A stretch of DNA of 64,000 nt from an uncultured Candidatus Saccharibacteria bacterium (GCA_964579635.1 CAZOFV010000003.1:2768-66767), one strand, 5' to 3'; shown: positions 48,486 through 59,907, counted from the stretch's first letter. Numbers and translations are program-made. The notes: generated by a model not told the origin, from the sequence alone.

Positions 48486-49058
48486 ATGTTTATTAAAGAC
48501 AGAATTCAAACATCTATTGATACAAAGAAGCGTCTATTGGATGACGTTTCTATTATTAGTATTGCAGAAGATATAACTAAAGCTATAACCGAAAGTTACG
48601 AAAAAGGGAATAAGACTCTTTGGTGTGGAAATGGGGGAAGTGCTGCCGATGCTCAACACCTGGCCGCTGAACTTTCTGGTAAATATTATTTTGATCGCGA
48701 ACCACTTTCTTCTGAGGCTCTTCATGTTAATACTTCTTATCTTACGGCTGTGGCAAACGATTACTCATACGATATTGTTTACGCAAGGCTAGTAAAAGCC
48801 ACTGGGAAAAAGGGAGATGTTTTAGTTGGGCTTTCTACTTCAGGAAATTCAAAAAATGTTGTTCTTGCGTTAGAAGAGGCTAAAAAAATAGGAATGATCA
48901 CAGTCGGGTTTACTGGAGAGAAACCATCTAAAATGGATTCACTTTGTGACTATTTAATAAAAATACCCTCAGTTGATACTCCACGCATACAGGAATGCCA
49001 CATGTTATTGGGACATTCAATTTGTGAAGGAGTTGAGCAAAATCTTTTTGGTGTGTAA
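48486..49058 (+). CDS. gmhA: Sedoheptulose-7-phosphate isomerase
   Basis: CGNGGSAADAQH, ANDY, STSGNS, RIQECH. Confidence 0.95.
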   Translation: MFIKDRIQTSIDTKKRLLDDVSIISIAEDITKAITESYEKGNKTLWCGNGGSAADAQHLAAELSGKYYFDREPLSSEALHVNTSYLTAVANDYSYDIVYARLVKATGKKGDVLVGLSTSGNSKNVVLALEEAKKIGMITVGFTGEKPSKMDSLCDYLIKIPSVDTPRIQECHMLLGHSICEGVEQNLFGV

Positions 49059-49062
49059 TTTT

Positions 49063-49938
49063 TTATTTTGTAAATATTTTCCCTTTATAGTTTTCGTTTT
49101 CTGTCTTTACTCTCCACATATAAAGAGGAATAAAACAGACGTGACTATTTTTGAATGTTTCAGCAACGTGGAAGTTAAAATCCTTATCGGCACCTCTTCC
49201 CATAAACGATGGCCAGACTCTATTTTCAAGATTTCTAAATTTCACTTTTTCAATAACTTCTCGTTTAAAAAGGGGAGAGTTCCCAGCTCCAGGATAGTTT
49301 TCATATGACCCAAAAAATAATCTATGAATAATCCTTTTTCTTTTTAGGTGAAACGGTATTATTTTGTTTAACTTAACTGAAATTTTCGCAATTAGACCTT
49401 TTGATCTTTGGGACATTAAGTATAAATCATTTGGATAAAGTATTTTTAGATTTTCTAAAAATACCTCTACTGATAACTCTTTGTTAAGATATTTTTCGTC
49501 AAACTGTATCCAATCAAGGGTTAAATGACTCGAATTATTTTTTTGAAGTAAATTGAGCTGAATCTCTATCCGGTTAAGAAAAGAAGCGTCGTCTGCATCT
49601 TGAAATGTTATCAATTCTCCTTTGGCGTGTTTAAAACCAGTATTTCTTGCTGAGTATCCAGCATTTATGTTTCGATTTAATTTTTTATCAAAGCGTAATG
49701 GATCAGTTTCGCTGTTAACTAATTTTATTCTATTATCTTTTTTTATTATGTCTTGAACTACTTTTTTTGTATTATCAGTGCTTGCATCATCAACTACTAT
49801 TATCTCTATATTTTTATAAGTTTGATTAATTATTGAATCAAGTGCAATAGCTATTGTTTTTTCACAATTATAAACAGGGATAATTACACTGATTAGTGGT
49901 TTTTCTTTTGTTGACTCTTTATTAAGATTGAAACTCAT
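49063..49938 (-). CDS. GT2 glycosyltransferase
   Basis: SVIIPVYN, VDDASTD, ARNTG, FQDADD. Confidence 0.9.
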   Translation of the reverse strand: MSFNLNKESTKEKPLISVIIPVYNCEKTIAIALDSIINQTYKNIEIIVVDDASTDNTKKVVQDIIKKDNRIKLVNSETDPLRFDKKLNRNINAGYSARNTGFKHAKGELITFQDADDASFLNRIEIQLNLLQKNNSSHLTLDWIQFDEKYLNKELSVEVFLENLKILYPNDLYLMSQRSKGLIAKISVKLNKIIPFHLKRKRIIHRLFFGSYENYPGAGNSPLFKREVIEKVKFRNLENRVWPSFMGRGADKDFNFHVAETFKNSHVCFIPLYMWRVKTENENYKGKIFTK

Positions 49939-51098
49939 GTATTTTTATCTAGTTTTAATACTTCATCAATAAATTTTGCATAAGCCTCGGAAAAAGTTTC
50001 CCTGGTATATGTTTTTCTGGCATATTTCCATACTGAAATAGATTTTTCAATAATTTCTTCTTGTGGGGTGTTTGAGAATTCTTTAACTATTTTTGAAATT
50101 GATAATGGTGTAGGGTTTTCTAATGGTACATATTCAGCATCTTCTTTTATCCCTGTTTCATGCGTAATTATTGGTATAAGTCCAGCATGCATAGCTTGAA
50201 CAACAGCACCAGAAGAACCTTCTCCTCCAGATGGGTAAATTAAGGCAGAACATTTTTCGACAATTTCCGCAAATTGTTTACCTCCAACGTCGATACGTCC
50301 GTAATAGTGTATATTCGGTGTTTCGTATAATTCCTTTTTGTAGATTTTAACGAAATCATCTTCTGCTGAAACTGGCCCACAAACATGAAGGTGTAAATCA
50401 GGCATCATTGTGAATGCTTCAAGTGTTAAGTCTAATCCCTTGAGGACTGCGCCACCGCCACCGACCCATAAATAATTTTTTCTAGCTTTGTCCCAGTCTT
50501 TTTTTTCAGGGAAATCAAATTTTACTACAGCTGAAATTGGTATAAAAAATATAGGTTTATTGAAACGCTCAAAGGTTGCAAATATTGTCTTATTTCCAAA
50601 CCCTTCAAGAAAATCGGCAGTTTCCGTGTTTTCCGTCGGAGACATTTTTCTTCTTGGGATAAGTTTAACACCGCGCCTTTTTTCTAGTTGATTAAGACGA
50701 TCTTGCTCGGCTTTGTTATAAGCTTCCCAGTGAGACATTAATATGTGAAATACTTTCTTGCATTTTTGTGGGAGGATTTCGGAAAGACGTTTTAAGTTTT
50801 TATCAGTGTCTATACATACTACGTATTTTTTTCGAGGCTTAAATGATGTATTTTTTGAATCAATTATGTCAACTTCGTAACCTCTTTCTGAAAAAAGTCT
50901 TGCAATTTCATAACACTCCCAGTACATGGTATGTATATTTGAAAAAGACTCCCAAGGGGTAAGGGTAAATGGTTCTGTAATATAAGAAATTAAAACATCG
51001 CCCCTCTTTTTACCAACCGGCTTCATAGTAACAACTCCAAAAAGTTTATTGGTTACCTTGTTTTTATATGCCCAATAAATAGCAGTTATCTTATTCAT
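49935..51098 (-). CDS. Glycosyltransferase (GT4-like)
   Basis: KGLDL..EAF, PS..EG....V.AM.AGLIPI. Confidence 0.82.
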   Translation of the reverse strand: MNKITAIYWAYKNKVTNKLFGVVTMKPVGKKRGDVLISYITEPFTLTPWESFSNIHTMYWECYEIARLFSERGYEVDIIDSKNTSFKPRKKYVVCIDTDKNLKRLSEILPQKCKKVFHILMSHWEAYNKAEQDRLNQLEKRRGVKLIPRRKMSPTENTETADFLEGFGNKTIFATFERFNKPIFFIPISAVVKFDFPEKKDWDKARKNYLWVGGGGAVLKGLDLTLEAFTMMPDLHLHVCGPVSAEDDFVKIYKKELYETPNIHYYGRIDVGGKQFAEIVEKCSALIYPSGGEGSSGAVVQAMHAGLIPIITHETGIKEDAEYVPLENPTPLSISKIVKEFSNTPQEEIIEKSISVWKYARKTYTRETFSEAYAKFIDEVLKLDKNT

Positions 51099-52857
51099 GG
51101 TATTTTTGATGGTGTTTAAACCAAAGTGCTAAACAAAACAAAGACCATATTTTATAAGGATTACTACTCTCGTCTTTATTTGAGTTATTTAAAATATTCA
51201 GCAATTCTTTTTTATTAAAAAGTTCGTTTAACTGTTGGTTTTCGTTTATGGTGTTTTTGACTATTTGTTTAAAACTTTCTATCTGTAGCCACTCTTTTAC
51301 AGGAGCACCAAAACCCTGCTTTCTTCTGTAGACAAATTCTTTTGGCATGATTTCAGTTAATATGTCTTTTAGTATTATTTTCCCACCTTTTTTGTTTACT
51401 TTGTATTTTTCTGGAAGATTATATATGAATTCCGCCATTTTGTGGTCTAAGAAAGGGGATCGAACCTCAAGTCCATGCATCATGCTCATTCGATCTATTT
51501 TAACAAGAAGTTGTCCGGGTAGGTATGTTTCTATGTCAAAATTATTTATTGCTTTTATTTTATTTACATTTGTTTTTTCGTTATGTTTTTCAATATCCTC
51601 GTTTAAAAAAGAATGATTTTTCCATAGATTAATACGTTCTTTTTTTGAAAATATTGCTACATGTTTTAAGTATTCTTTAAATTGATTCGAAAAAAGTACG
51701 TTTTTTAAGTAAATAAGTTTGTTTGTATTCCAGTATTTCCAGTACCAGCCATATCCCATAAGTAATTCATCGGCACCATCGCCAGATATAGCCACTTTAA
51801 CATTTGAAGAGGTTAGTTCCGATATTAGATGTTGAGAAATGTTTGAAGAGTCAGCGTGTGGTTCATCTAGGTATTCCATCACTTTGTTAATCTCTTTAAG
51901 AATTAGTTCGCTTTTTGTTTGTAGTGTGTAATGTTTTGTTCCTATTTTTTCAGATGCTTGTTTTGCGAAAGGAAGTTCATTTATATACCCCTCATAACCA
52001 ACAGAGAATGTTTTTATTGGCGTACTGGTGTATTTTTGTGCATAAGCTGTTGCGATGGTTGAATCAACACCACCAGAAAGGAAACTGCCTATTTCAACAT
52101 CGGCTACCATCCTCTTCTTTACAGCATCATTAAATAATACTTTTAACTTTTCTTTTGCGTTTTCGTAAGTTATTTCGATTGGTTTATCTTCTAGTTTCCA
52201 ATATTGCCAAGTTTTTATTTCCCCATTTTTCACAACACCTGCATGTGCCGGAAGAAGAGTGTGTATGTTTGAATAGATTGTTTTCCACGGTGGTATATAT
52301 GAAAGTTGTAAATAATTATCAAGTGTTTTTTTATCAATTATTCCTTTTATTAGGTTGCTAGCAAAAATTGCTTTAATTTCTGAGGCACCCAAAAAGGTGT
52401 CATTAACCCATGCATAATAGAATGGTTTTTTGCCAAATCGGTCACGAGCTATAAACAACTCCTTTTTTTCATTATTCCAAATAGAAAAAGAAAACATACC
52501 ATCTAGGTGTTGTGGGCAATCATTGCCATATTCTACGTATGCTTTTAGGATTACCTCGGTATCTGAGTTTGTAGAAAAAACATGTCCAATTTTCTCCAAT
52601 TCTTTTTTTAATTCACGATAGTTATAAATCTCTCCGTTAAAAGTAATGGCGAGATCTTTTTCGTTGTCGCGCATTGGCTGGTGCCCCATATTAATGTCTA
52701 TAATCGAAAGGCGGGTTTGTCCTAAAATACACTCCGGAAATTTTAAAACACCGTTATCGTCTGGTCCGCGCTTAGACAACGACAAAATCATTCCCTTGAT
52801 ATTTTCATCAGAGAAATCATTTATGTTTTTTCCGGTAATGCTAATTATTCCACACAT
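51091..52857 (-). CDS. asnB: Asparagine synthase-like amidotransferase, glycan-associated
   Basis: MCGI, RGPD, RLSIID, FNGEIYN, LSGGVDS, SGDGADE. Confidence 0.92.
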   Translation of the reverse strand: MCGIISITGKNINDFSDENIKGMILSLSKRGPDDNGVLKFPECILGQTRLSIIDINMGHQPMRDNEKDLAITFNGEIYNYRELKKELEKIGHVFSTNSDTEVILKAYVEYGNDCPQHLDGMFSFSIWNNEKKELFIARDRFGKKPFYYAWVNDTFLGASEIKAIFASNLIKGIIDKKTLDNYLQLSYIPPWKTIYSNIHTLLPAHAGVVKNGEIKTWQYWKLEDKPIEITYENAKEKLKVLFNDAVKKRMVADVEIGSFLSGGVDSTIATAYAQKYTSTPIKTFSVGYEGYINELPFAKQASEKIGTKHYTLQTKSELILKEINKVMEYLDEPHADSSNISQHLISELTSSNVKVAISGDGADELLMGYGWYWKYWNTNKLIYLKNVLFSNQFKEYLKHVAIFSKKERINLWKNHSFLNEDIEKHNEKTNVNKIKAINNFDIETYLPGQLLVKIDRMSMMHGLEVRSPFLDHKMAEFIYNLPEKYKVNKKGGKIILKDILTEIMPKEFVYRRKQGFGAPVKEWLQIESFKQIVKNTINENQQLNELFNKKELLNILNNSNKDESSNPYKIWSLFCLALWFKHHQKYHE

Positions 52858-52864
52858 ATAATAT

Positions 52865-53755
52865 TTAAATTTTTATCCAGCTGTTTGGTATTAAATCGAC
52901 AGTATTATTTTTAGGAGCATTTGCGAACCATTTTTGAGGGGCGATAACTATTTTTTCTTTACTAGGGTTTAACCAGGCACCCCACCAACTGAAACTACTA
53001 TTTGCAATAATATGGTGTTTACACTTGGACATCAATATTAAATCCTCGGCATTTTTATCATTATCGTTTTCCACTAATGTGAAATTGTATTCTAGCCCTT
53101 TAAGTTTCGGTAAAAAATTTTCTATAACCCAGGGATAATTATCTGAAAAAATAAAAAAATTAGGAGAAGGCACCTTGGATGCAATTTGGTTTATAGCTTC
53201 TATGTAATATTCTGCGGAACAGAATCCATGCCAAGGCCTAATGTGTTCCGATGCATATCTTCGCACGTGAATTGATACAGAATTTGTTTCTTCAATTTTT
53301 TTTAATAGCTCTAGGCTATGTGTTGAAAATGGTGCTTTTAGTGTTATTTCTTTTCGTATTTCATCTGCTATGTCTTTAAAATACTTTTCGCTTTGCCAAA
53401 AACCCTCAAAGTACAAAGCTTTTGATGAAAATACTTCTTGGTCGTATGTGAATGTTTTTTCTCCATAGTACCAAGGTTTTATTATTTTTTTTAACCTTAA
53501 TCGATGGTATAAAAAATTAAAAAACGCATTATGTTTACGTAACCAAACGAATCCACCCAAATCTGATTCTTTTGCGATATTTTCCTTTATATTGAATTTC
53601 GATAACCCATATGGATCGGCGGTGTAATAGGTATAAAATGGCGTTACATCCAAAGCAAAATCAATTTTCCTTTTTGACGATAGTGCTCGGGCGAAGGCGT
53701 ATTGGAATATTTGATTACATAAACCACCATTAAGTTTTACAATTAGTTTTTTCAC
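52865..53755 (-). CDS. GT11 alpha-1,2-fucosyl/colitosyltransferase-like
   Basis: GGLCNQIFQYA, GFWQSEKYF, SIHVRR, ANSSFSWWGAWL. Confidence 0.9.
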   Translation of the reverse strand: MKKLIVKLNGGLCNQIFQYAFARALSSKRKIDFALDVTPFYTYYTADPYGLSKFNIKENIAKESDLGGFVWLRKHNAFFNFLYHRLRLKKIIKPWYYGEKTFTYDQEVFSSKALYFEGFWQSEKYFKDIADEIRKEITLKAPFSTHSLELLKKIEETNSVSIHVRRYASEHIRPWHGFCSAEYYIEAINQIASKVPSPNFFIFSDNYPWVIENFLPKLKGLEYNFTLVENDNDKNAEDLILMSKCKHHIIANSSFSWWGAWLNPSKEKIVIAPQKWFANAPKNNTVDLIPNSWIKI

Positions 53756-54660
53756 GATAGTTTTTTTGTTAATTTTTTAATATATTTTCTAATATTTCTT
53801 TCTTTTGTGTGGATTATAAATGCTCTTGGTAGTCGTATTGTGAGTAATATAATAGCTAATATTTTATATTTAGTTCCATTGAGTGCCTCTATATGTCCTT
53901 TTAAATACGGCCAAAATCTACCAAAAGGGAACATGTGGTTTTTTGGGTTTTTAAATTGCATAGCCGTAACTATTTCATTTTCTTTATGTATTGATAGTTG
54001 GGGACTAGATGCGCCACCAAGCCTTTTTTTAAAGAGTGGTTTTTGGTCAACGACAACACTGAATCTGCTTATAGCCGCTAAACTAAACATATAGTCTTGC
54101 CCCCAAACGTTTCTTTGGGGGTATACTTCCCACACTTTTTTTAATACTTCAGTTTTGAAAAGCGAGTACATTAAATTACATTTGCCGAGGATTTCTGGTT
54201 GAAGAATATATTTTGCTACCTGTAGATATCCGGGTTTCCCGGAAAGGTTTGTCATCCAAATGGCTTCTATTAATGTGCGACCAAAAGAGTCGATTGCGGT
54301 TGTACAGGTTGTGGCTAATCCAAGGTCTTTGTCGTCTTTAAAGTGCCCCAGGCACGTTTCTAGATATTTTTCTTCCCATAAGTCGTCTTGAGCAGCCCAC
54401 ATAAAATACTCCGTGTTTGCCTTGTCGAGAACAAATTTAAAATTAGCAAACATCCCTATATTTTTTTCTTGCTTAAAATAGGTGATTCGTGAATCGTCTT
54501 TTACAAATTCTTTACATATCGTTTCCGTACTATCGGTAGATGAGTCGTCAGATATAAAAATTTTCCAGTCGGTAAAAGTTTGGGCGCGCAAAGAATTAAT
54601 CGCTTCTTTTAGAAATCGTTCACCGTTATATACAGGCATTCCAATAAATATTTTTGTCAT
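53752..54660 (-). CDS. GT2 glycosyltransferase
   Basis: IGMPVYNGE, SDDSSTD, WAAQDD. Confidence 0.9.
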   Translation of the reverse strand: MTKIFIGMPVYNGERFLKEAINSLRAQTFTDWKIFISDDSSTDSTETICKEFVKDDSRITYFKQEKNIGMFANFKFVLDKANTEYFMWAAQDDLWEEKYLETCLGHFKDDKDLGLATTCTTAIDSFGRTLIEAIWMTNLSGKPGYLQVAKYILQPEILGKCNLMYSLFKTEVLKKVWEVYPQRNVWGQDYMFSLAAISRFSVVVDQKPLFKKRLGGASSPQLSIHKENEIVTAMQFKNPKNHMFPFGRFWPYLKGHIEALNGTKYKILAIILLTIRLPRAFIIHTKERNIRKYIKKLTKKLS

Positions 54661-55326
54661 CTACTTTATTTTTTTAAGATATCCTCTCGTGTTGAATGTC
54701 GTATCTTTGCCAAACATGTCACATAATTTATTGTCTACTATAAAATCGTCATTTGTTTTCAAGAATTCGTTGATTGCTTTTAGCGGGCCACCGTTAAGTG
54801 GCTTATCTCTTTTAAGTCTAGTTACTATTCCGTCCTCTATTATTAAATATGACCCAACTGGAATTAATTTAGAAAAAGTTTTTATTGTTTCTAAGGTATC
54901 TTTATATAAATGAGAGGCATCATCAATAACAATTATTTTCTTAAATTTATTTACATTATTTAAATCATACTTTTTCCAGCCATCTGTAAAAAATTTTATA
55001 CGAGGGTGTTGTTTTGTTTTTTTATCCACGCGGTCTTCTATATCAATTGTGTGGATTTCACCATGACCAATTGCATCCATTAGGTCAGCAAGATAAAGAG
55101 ATGTTCCTCCAAAATTTGTTCCGATTTCAATAACCAGATCAGGCTTAATTTCAGATAACAGCATTTGGTATATTACATAATCAAAAGGGCACTTAAGGGC
55201 GGGAATTCCTCTGTAAGTTACATTAAAGTGTCCACTATAAATATCCCAAACGCTATATGAACCCATAAGGTATTTTAGGACAGCGTTTCTTTTTGCGTTA
55301 TAAAAATTTTTTATTTTATGTTCCAT
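54661..55326 (-). CDS. CmcI / rhamnosyl O-methyltransferase family
   Basis: YRG...K.PFD...YQ, PDLVIEIGT..GGT, IDDASH, YLIIED. Confidence 0.85.
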   Translation of the reverse strand: MEHKIKNFYNAKRNAVLKYLMGSYSVWDIYSGHFNVTYRGIPALKCPFDYVIYQMLLSEIKPDLVIEIGTNFGGTSLYLADLMDAIGHGEIHTIDIEDRVDKKTKQHPRIKFFTDGWKKYDLNNVNKFKKIIVIDDASHLYKDTLETIKTFSKLIPVGSYLIIEDGIVTRLKRDKPLNGGPLKAINEFLKTNDDFIVDNKLCDMFGKDTTFNTRGYLKKIK

Positions 55327-56576
55327 TTTAATTTAGGCCTTACAACACCAGGGATGCGTTGGTTGAAATCATTCTTCTTTGCAGTTTCAAGGTTTGCCAT
55401 GACCTGGAAAACAAGCGCATCTTGTTTATAGAAATGTACTTTAAGCGGAAGCATTGTTGAAAGAGCAACCCCAGCTATGTAGGTACCCTCGTTCAATAGG
55501 TTTGCTGGTATCCATGCAATAGCCTTATGTCTTCCAGCAACATCTAATTTTTCATCTAAATCAGAATGGCTAATAAACGCATATTCACCAGCACTAGTGA
55601 ATATATGAATGTTTGGTACAAGATTTTGATTATTTTGCAAAACATCAAATTCCATTTCTATGCCAATTTCCTTGTCTGAAAGAACAAATGATATATCCTC
55701 TCCTTCATTATTTATTATTTTTGCTTTTATGAGTTTAGCGACATCATTGCCAATATTTTTATCAATTAAATCAATTGATGTTGCGTTACTGTTTTTGTCA
55801 TTTAGGTAATGTGCTACGACATCTTTCGTTTCCCCAATTATTTTTACTTTACCTTTTTCTAAAAGAATACATCTTTTGCACAGATTTTGTATTGCCGCCA
55901 TATTGTGGCTTACAAAAAGAATAGTACGTCCTGATTTTTTTGTAACCTCTTCCATTTTCCCTAAACATTTTTTCTGGAATTCAGCATCACCGACGGCGAG
56001 AACCTCATCAACTAAGAGAATATCTGGCTCCATGTGGGCAGCAACAGAGAAGGCGAGGCGAACATACATTCCACTCGAATAGTATTTAACAGGTGTATCA
56101 AGAAATTTATCAATGCCAGCAAAAGCAACTATTTCATCGAATTTTTTAACAATTTCTTTTTTTGTCATTCCCAAGATTGCTCCGTTGAGAAAAATATTTT
56201 CTCTCCCGGTAAGTTCTGGGTGAAAACCAGTACCAACTTCAAGTAGGGAAGCTACCTTACCTTTCATTTTAATTTCTCCTGTGGTTGGTGGAGTTATTCC
56301 TGTGAGAATTTTTAGAAGTGTTGATTTACCAGCACCGTTGTGTCCAATAATTCCAACCACTTCTCCTGGTTCAATATTAAAGCTGACGTCTTTAAGAGCC
56401 CAAAAATCTTCTTTTGTATCAATACCAGCAATTTCTTTTGCTTTCTTTTTTAAGAAAAATAAAGGACGTTTGATAATAGCGGTAAGCACATCCCGTAGCG
56501 CTACATAGTTACCACGGTGATGGTTTATTGTGTATTTTTTCCCTAAATTTTTTACTTCGATAATATTATTATTCAT
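55311..56576 (-). CDS. wzt: Polysaccharide ABC exporter ATPase with C-terminal carbohydrate-binding domain
   Basis: GHNGAGKSTLLK, YSSGMYVRLAF, DEVLAVGD; C-terminal extension. Confidence 0.93.
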   Translation of the reverse strand: MNNNIIEVKNLGKKYTINHHRGNYVALRDVLTAIIKRPLFFLKKKAKEIAGIDTKEDFWALKDVSFNIEPGEVVGIIGHNGAGKSTLLKILTGITPPTTGEIKMKGKVASLLEVGTGFHPELTGRENIFLNGAILGMTKKEIVKKFDEIVAFAGIDKFLDTPVKYYSSGMYVRLAFSVAAHMEPDILLVDEVLAVGDAEFQKKCLGKMEEVTKKSGRTILFVSHNMAAIQNLCKRCILLEKGKVKIIGETKDVVAHYLNDKNSNATSIDLIDKNIGNDVAKLIKAKIINNEGEDISFVLSDKEIGIEMEFDVLQNNQNLVPNIHIFTSAGEYAFISHSDLDEKLDVAGRHKAIAWIPANLLNEGTYIAGVALSTMLPLKVHFYKQDALVFQVMANLETAKKNDFNQRIPGVVRPKLKWNIK

Positions 56577-56580
56577 GTTT

Positions 56581-57402
56581 TTATGCGATATCAGCAAAAT
56601 ACCTTTCCACTTTTTTAAAATAAACAACTCCTATGGCAAGTAGCACTGCACACGCCGTGAATGAAATTCCAATAAGCGTCCAATTGATTGGCGCAGTTCC
56701 TAAAATTCCTGCACGTGCTGACTGAATGACACCCATCATAGGGTTGAAGGCAAGAATCCATGAATATTTTCCGGCGATACTTGCTGGATAAATTACTGGA
56801 GTTAAGAACATTAGTATTTGAATAAAGAACGGTAAAACATAGCGCACGTCGCGATATTTCACATTAATTGCGGCGAGAAATAATCCGCCACCAACCGAAG
56901 CCATAAAGGTTATTGCAAGTAGGAGAGGGAGAATAAATAAACCTGAAAGATGTGGTGTGTAGCCATAATAAATCATCATTCCTATCAGAATTACTGAAGC
57001 TATCGCAAAATCGACAAGTTTTGTTGCAACAGAAGCCAAAGGAAGAATTAGGCGTGGAAAATACACCTTGGTTATTATTGATTGATTACTAATAAGGACA
57101 CTACTTGTTTCTGAAAGTGCACTAGAAAAAAATTGCCAAAAAAGAAGTCCTGTGTACACAAAGATTGGATACGGCACATTATCAGATGGAATTTTTAACA
57201 GTGTCCCAAAGAAAACACTAAAAACAACCATTGTCATGAACGGCTGGAATACTGCCCAGCCAATACCTATGATGGTTTGTTTGTATCGTACTTTAAAATC
57301 ACGCCATACGAAAAAATAAAGAAGCTCCTTATAGTCCCAGAGTTCTTTGAAATCTCTTACGCTTAGAACTTTTTTCGGTTTTATAATTGTTGTAGTAGTC
57401 AT
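56581..57402 (-). CDS. wzm: Polysaccharide ABC exporter permease
   Basis: RDFKVRYKQT, KVYFPR, YRDV, NPM. Confidence 0.93.
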   Translation of the reverse strand: MTTTTIIKPKKVLSVRDFKELWDYKELLYFFVWRDFKVRYKQTIIGIGWAVFQPFMTMVVFSVFFGTLLKIPSDNVPYPIFVYTGLLFWQFFSSALSETSSVLISNQSIITKVYFPRLILPLASVATKLVDFAIASVILIGMMIYYGYTPHLSGLFILPLLLAITFMASVGGGLFLAAINVKYRDVRYVLPFFIQILMFLTPVIYPASIAGKYSWILAFNPMMGVIQSARAGILGTAPINWTLIGISFTACAVLLAIGVVYFKKVERYFADIA

Positions 57403-57410
57403 TTTTTACT

Positions 57411-58361
57411 TTATGAATTTTTAACTTTATCTAACTTTTGACTATCTTTATACCATTCGTATGTTTTTTTAATTCCATCGTCTATGTTTATTTTATGTTT
57501 CCAGCCAAGTTTATGTAATTTAGAAACGTCTAGGAGTTTTCTTGGTGTGCCATCTGGTTTTGATTTATCCCAAACAATTTTTCCGGAATAACCAGATACT
57601 TTTTTAATTTTTTCAACCAAAGATTTTATAGAAAGATCTGCCCCAGTACCAATATTTACTATCTCCGATTCATTGTAGTTTTGCATAAGGAATAAACAAG
57701 CATCGGCCAGATCGTCTACGTGTAAGAATTCTCTTTTTGGAGATCCTGTTCCCCAAATAACAATTTCTTTATTATTTTTTTCCCGTGCTTCATGAAATCT
57801 TTGAATGAGAGCTGGAAAAACATGGGATGTTACAGGGTCAAAATTATCATTTGGGCCGTAAAGATTTGTTGGCATTACGGAAATAAAGTTTGTGCCGTAT
57901 TGTTTGTTGTATGATTGGCACATAGTTATCCCCGCAATCTTTGCTATAACGTATGCTTTATTTGTTGGTTCTGGTTCGCTGGTTAAGAGGTATTTTTCCT
58001 TGATTGGTTGTGGTGCCATTCTTGGATAAATACAAGAACTTCCTAGAAAAAGTAGTTTTTTTACCTGAGAAATATATGCAGAGTGTATTATATTGTTTTG
58101 TATTATCAAATTTTCATAAATAAAAGATGCTGGATAGGTATTGTTCGCAAGTATTCCGCCAACTTTTGCTGCCGCCAAAAATACATATTCTGGATTTTCT
58201 TTTTTAAAGAATTCAGCAACCTTTTTTTGATCCATTAAATCTAATTCTTTTCGTGTTTTGAGAACTAGGTTTTTGTAACCTTTTTTGTTTAGTAGTCTTA
58301 CGATAGCTGAGCCAACAAGCCCATTGTGTCCAGCTACATAAATTTTTGATGTTTTCTTCAT
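57411..58361 (-). CDS. fcl: GDP-L-fucose synthase (or ColC-like epimerase/reductase)
   Basis: [49 protein letters not shown]. Confidence 0.93.
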   Translation of the reverse strand: MKKTSKIYVAGHNGLVGSAIVRLLNKKGYKNLVLKTRKELDLMDQKKVAEFFKKENPEYVFLAAAKVGGILANNTYPASFIYENLIIQNNIIHSAYISQVKKLLFLGSSCIYPRMAPQPIKEKYLLTSEPEPTNKAYVIAKIAGITMCQSYNKQYGTNFISVMPTNLYGPNDNFDPVTSHVFPALIQRFHEAREKNNKEIVIWGTGSPKREFLHVDDLADACLFLMQNYNESEIVNIGTGADLSIKSLVEKIKKVSGYSGKIVWDKSKPDGTPRKLLDVSKLHKLGWKHKINIDDGIKKTYEWYKDSQKLDKVKNS

Positions 58362-58378
58362 GTCCTATAAGTTATAGT

Positions 58379-59482
58379 CTACATTACCATACGTTCTTTT
58401 TCTAAATCCGATTCGGTCATTAATTTAACAAGCTCTTTGAATTTTATCTTTGGTTTCCACCCGAGTTTATTTTTTGCTTTTGAATAATCTCCCTTGAGGA
58501 CATCCACCTCTGCTGGGCGGAAGTATCTTGGGTCGATTTCGATTATTGTTTTTCCAGTTTTTTTATCAATACCTTTTTCGTTTGATCCTTTCCCCTTCCA
58601 TACAATATCCATTCCAAGTATTTTTCCAGCTTCTTCAACAAACTCTCTAACACTGTGTGATTCGTTGGTAGCTAAAATAAAATCATCTGGTTCCTTGTGT
58701 TGCAACATAAGCCACATTCCGTAAACATAATCTTTTGCGTGGCCCCAGTCGCGCATAGCATCAAGGTTTCCAAGATATAATTTTTGTTCTTTGCCGAGCT
58801 TGATACGGGAAAGACCTTGGGTGATTTTTCTTGTAACAAAAGTTTCTCCACGTCTTTCACTTTCGTGGTTAAACAGAATTCCGTTTGAGGCAAACATTCC
58901 GTAGCTCTCACGATAGTTTTTTGTTATCCAATATGCATAAACTTTTGCCACACCGTATGGTGAGCGTGGATGGAAAGGAGTCGTTTCTTTAAGTGGTATT
59001 TCTTTCGCCTTACCAAACATTTCACTTGAAGATGCTTGGTAAAATTTTGTTTTACTTAAACCAGCTTCTCTCATTGCATCAAGAAGACGGATTGTTCCAA
59101 GGCCCGTGACGTCGCCCGTGTATTCTGGAATATCAAAACTAACGCGTACGTGACTCTGTGCTCCAAGGTGATAAATTTCATCTGGTTTTATTTTGTTTAA
59201 AACTCGGTTTAAGTTGCTTGAGTCTGAGAGGTCTCCAAAGTGCAGAAAAAATTTATTATTTGATTTATGTGGGTCGTTATAAATATGATCTATTTTTTGT
59301 GTATTGAAGTTGCTAGCGCGACGAATAAGCCCGTGCACTTCATATCCTTTTTCTAAAAGTAATTCAGCTAAATACGAACCATCTTGTCCGGTGATACCAG
59401 TGATAAGAGCTACTTTATTTTTTGTTGACACTTTATTGCTATTTTTTTTATTTGTTATTTTTTTCATTTTTTTGCCTACCAC
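58379..59482 (-). CDS. gmd: GDP-mannose 4,6-dehydratase
   Basis: [49 protein letters not shown]. Confidence 0.97.
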   Translation of the reverse strand: MVGKKMKKITNKKNSNKVSTKNKVALITGITGQDGSYLAELLLEKGYEVHGLIRRASNFNTQKIDHIYNDPHKSNNKFFLHFGDLSDSSNLNRVLNKIKPDEIYHLGAQSHVRVSFDIPEYTGDVTGLGTIRLLDAMREAGLSKTKFYQASSSEMFGKAKEIPLKETTPFHPRSPYGVAKVYAYWITKNYRESYGMFASNGILFNHESERRGETFVTRKITQGLSRIKLGKEQKLYLGNLDAMRDWGHAKDYVYGMWLMLQHKEPDDFILATNESHSVREFVEEAGKILGMDIVWKGKGSNEKGIDKKTGKTIIEIDPRYFRPAEVDVLKGDYSKAKNKLGWKPKIKFKELVKLMTESDLEKERMVM

Positions 59483-59724
59483 TTATTTATTTTATTAACC
59501 ACTTTCTTTTTAATTTTTAAATAAGATTGAGTTGCTTCTTTTTCCAGGTCAGGGGAGAGGATACGGAGGAGTTCTTTTCCCATAATTCTGTATTGCCCGC
59601 CGACTTTGTTGGCACGAATGAGGCCGTTTTTAAGCATGCGTTTTACAGTGCTATCGCTTATTTTAAGAATTGTTTGTGTTTCCGCTGTGGTATATACAGC
59701 ATTTGGGTGTATCTCCTGATTCAT
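59476..59724 (-). CDS. Small HTH_17 (excisionase/BldC-like) DNA-binding protein
   Basis: [37 protein letters not shown]. Confidence 0.85.
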   Translation of the reverse strand: MNQEIHPNAVYTTAETQTILKISDSTVKRMLKNGLIRANKVGGQYRIMGKELLRILSPDLEKEATQSYLKIKKKVVNKINKW

Positions 59725-59753
59725 AATTTATTAAGTATTAGTAAAAAGGGTAG

Positions 59754-59781
59754 AAGTGTCAATAAGTGTCAAAAAGTGTCA
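59754..59781. promoter_or_regulatory. Three AAGTGTCA direct repeats at 10-bp spacing overlapping minus-strand TTGACA boxes
   Basis: Copies at 59754, 59764 and 59774. Confidence 0.65.
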
Positions 59782-59907
59782 TTTTCTCGACTCTACTATA
59801 TAACAACTCTTAGGAATAAAAAGTTACCTTAAGTAAGGTGCTATTTGGTTTATTGGGTATTTAATGATAGAAATAACTTAAATTTAAATTATACTGCAAA
59901 AGATAAA

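Noticed and set aside
59476-59724. Prophage or ICE excisionase
   Set aside because: No integrase, att pair or phage genes; it overlaps gmd as the first gene of the operon
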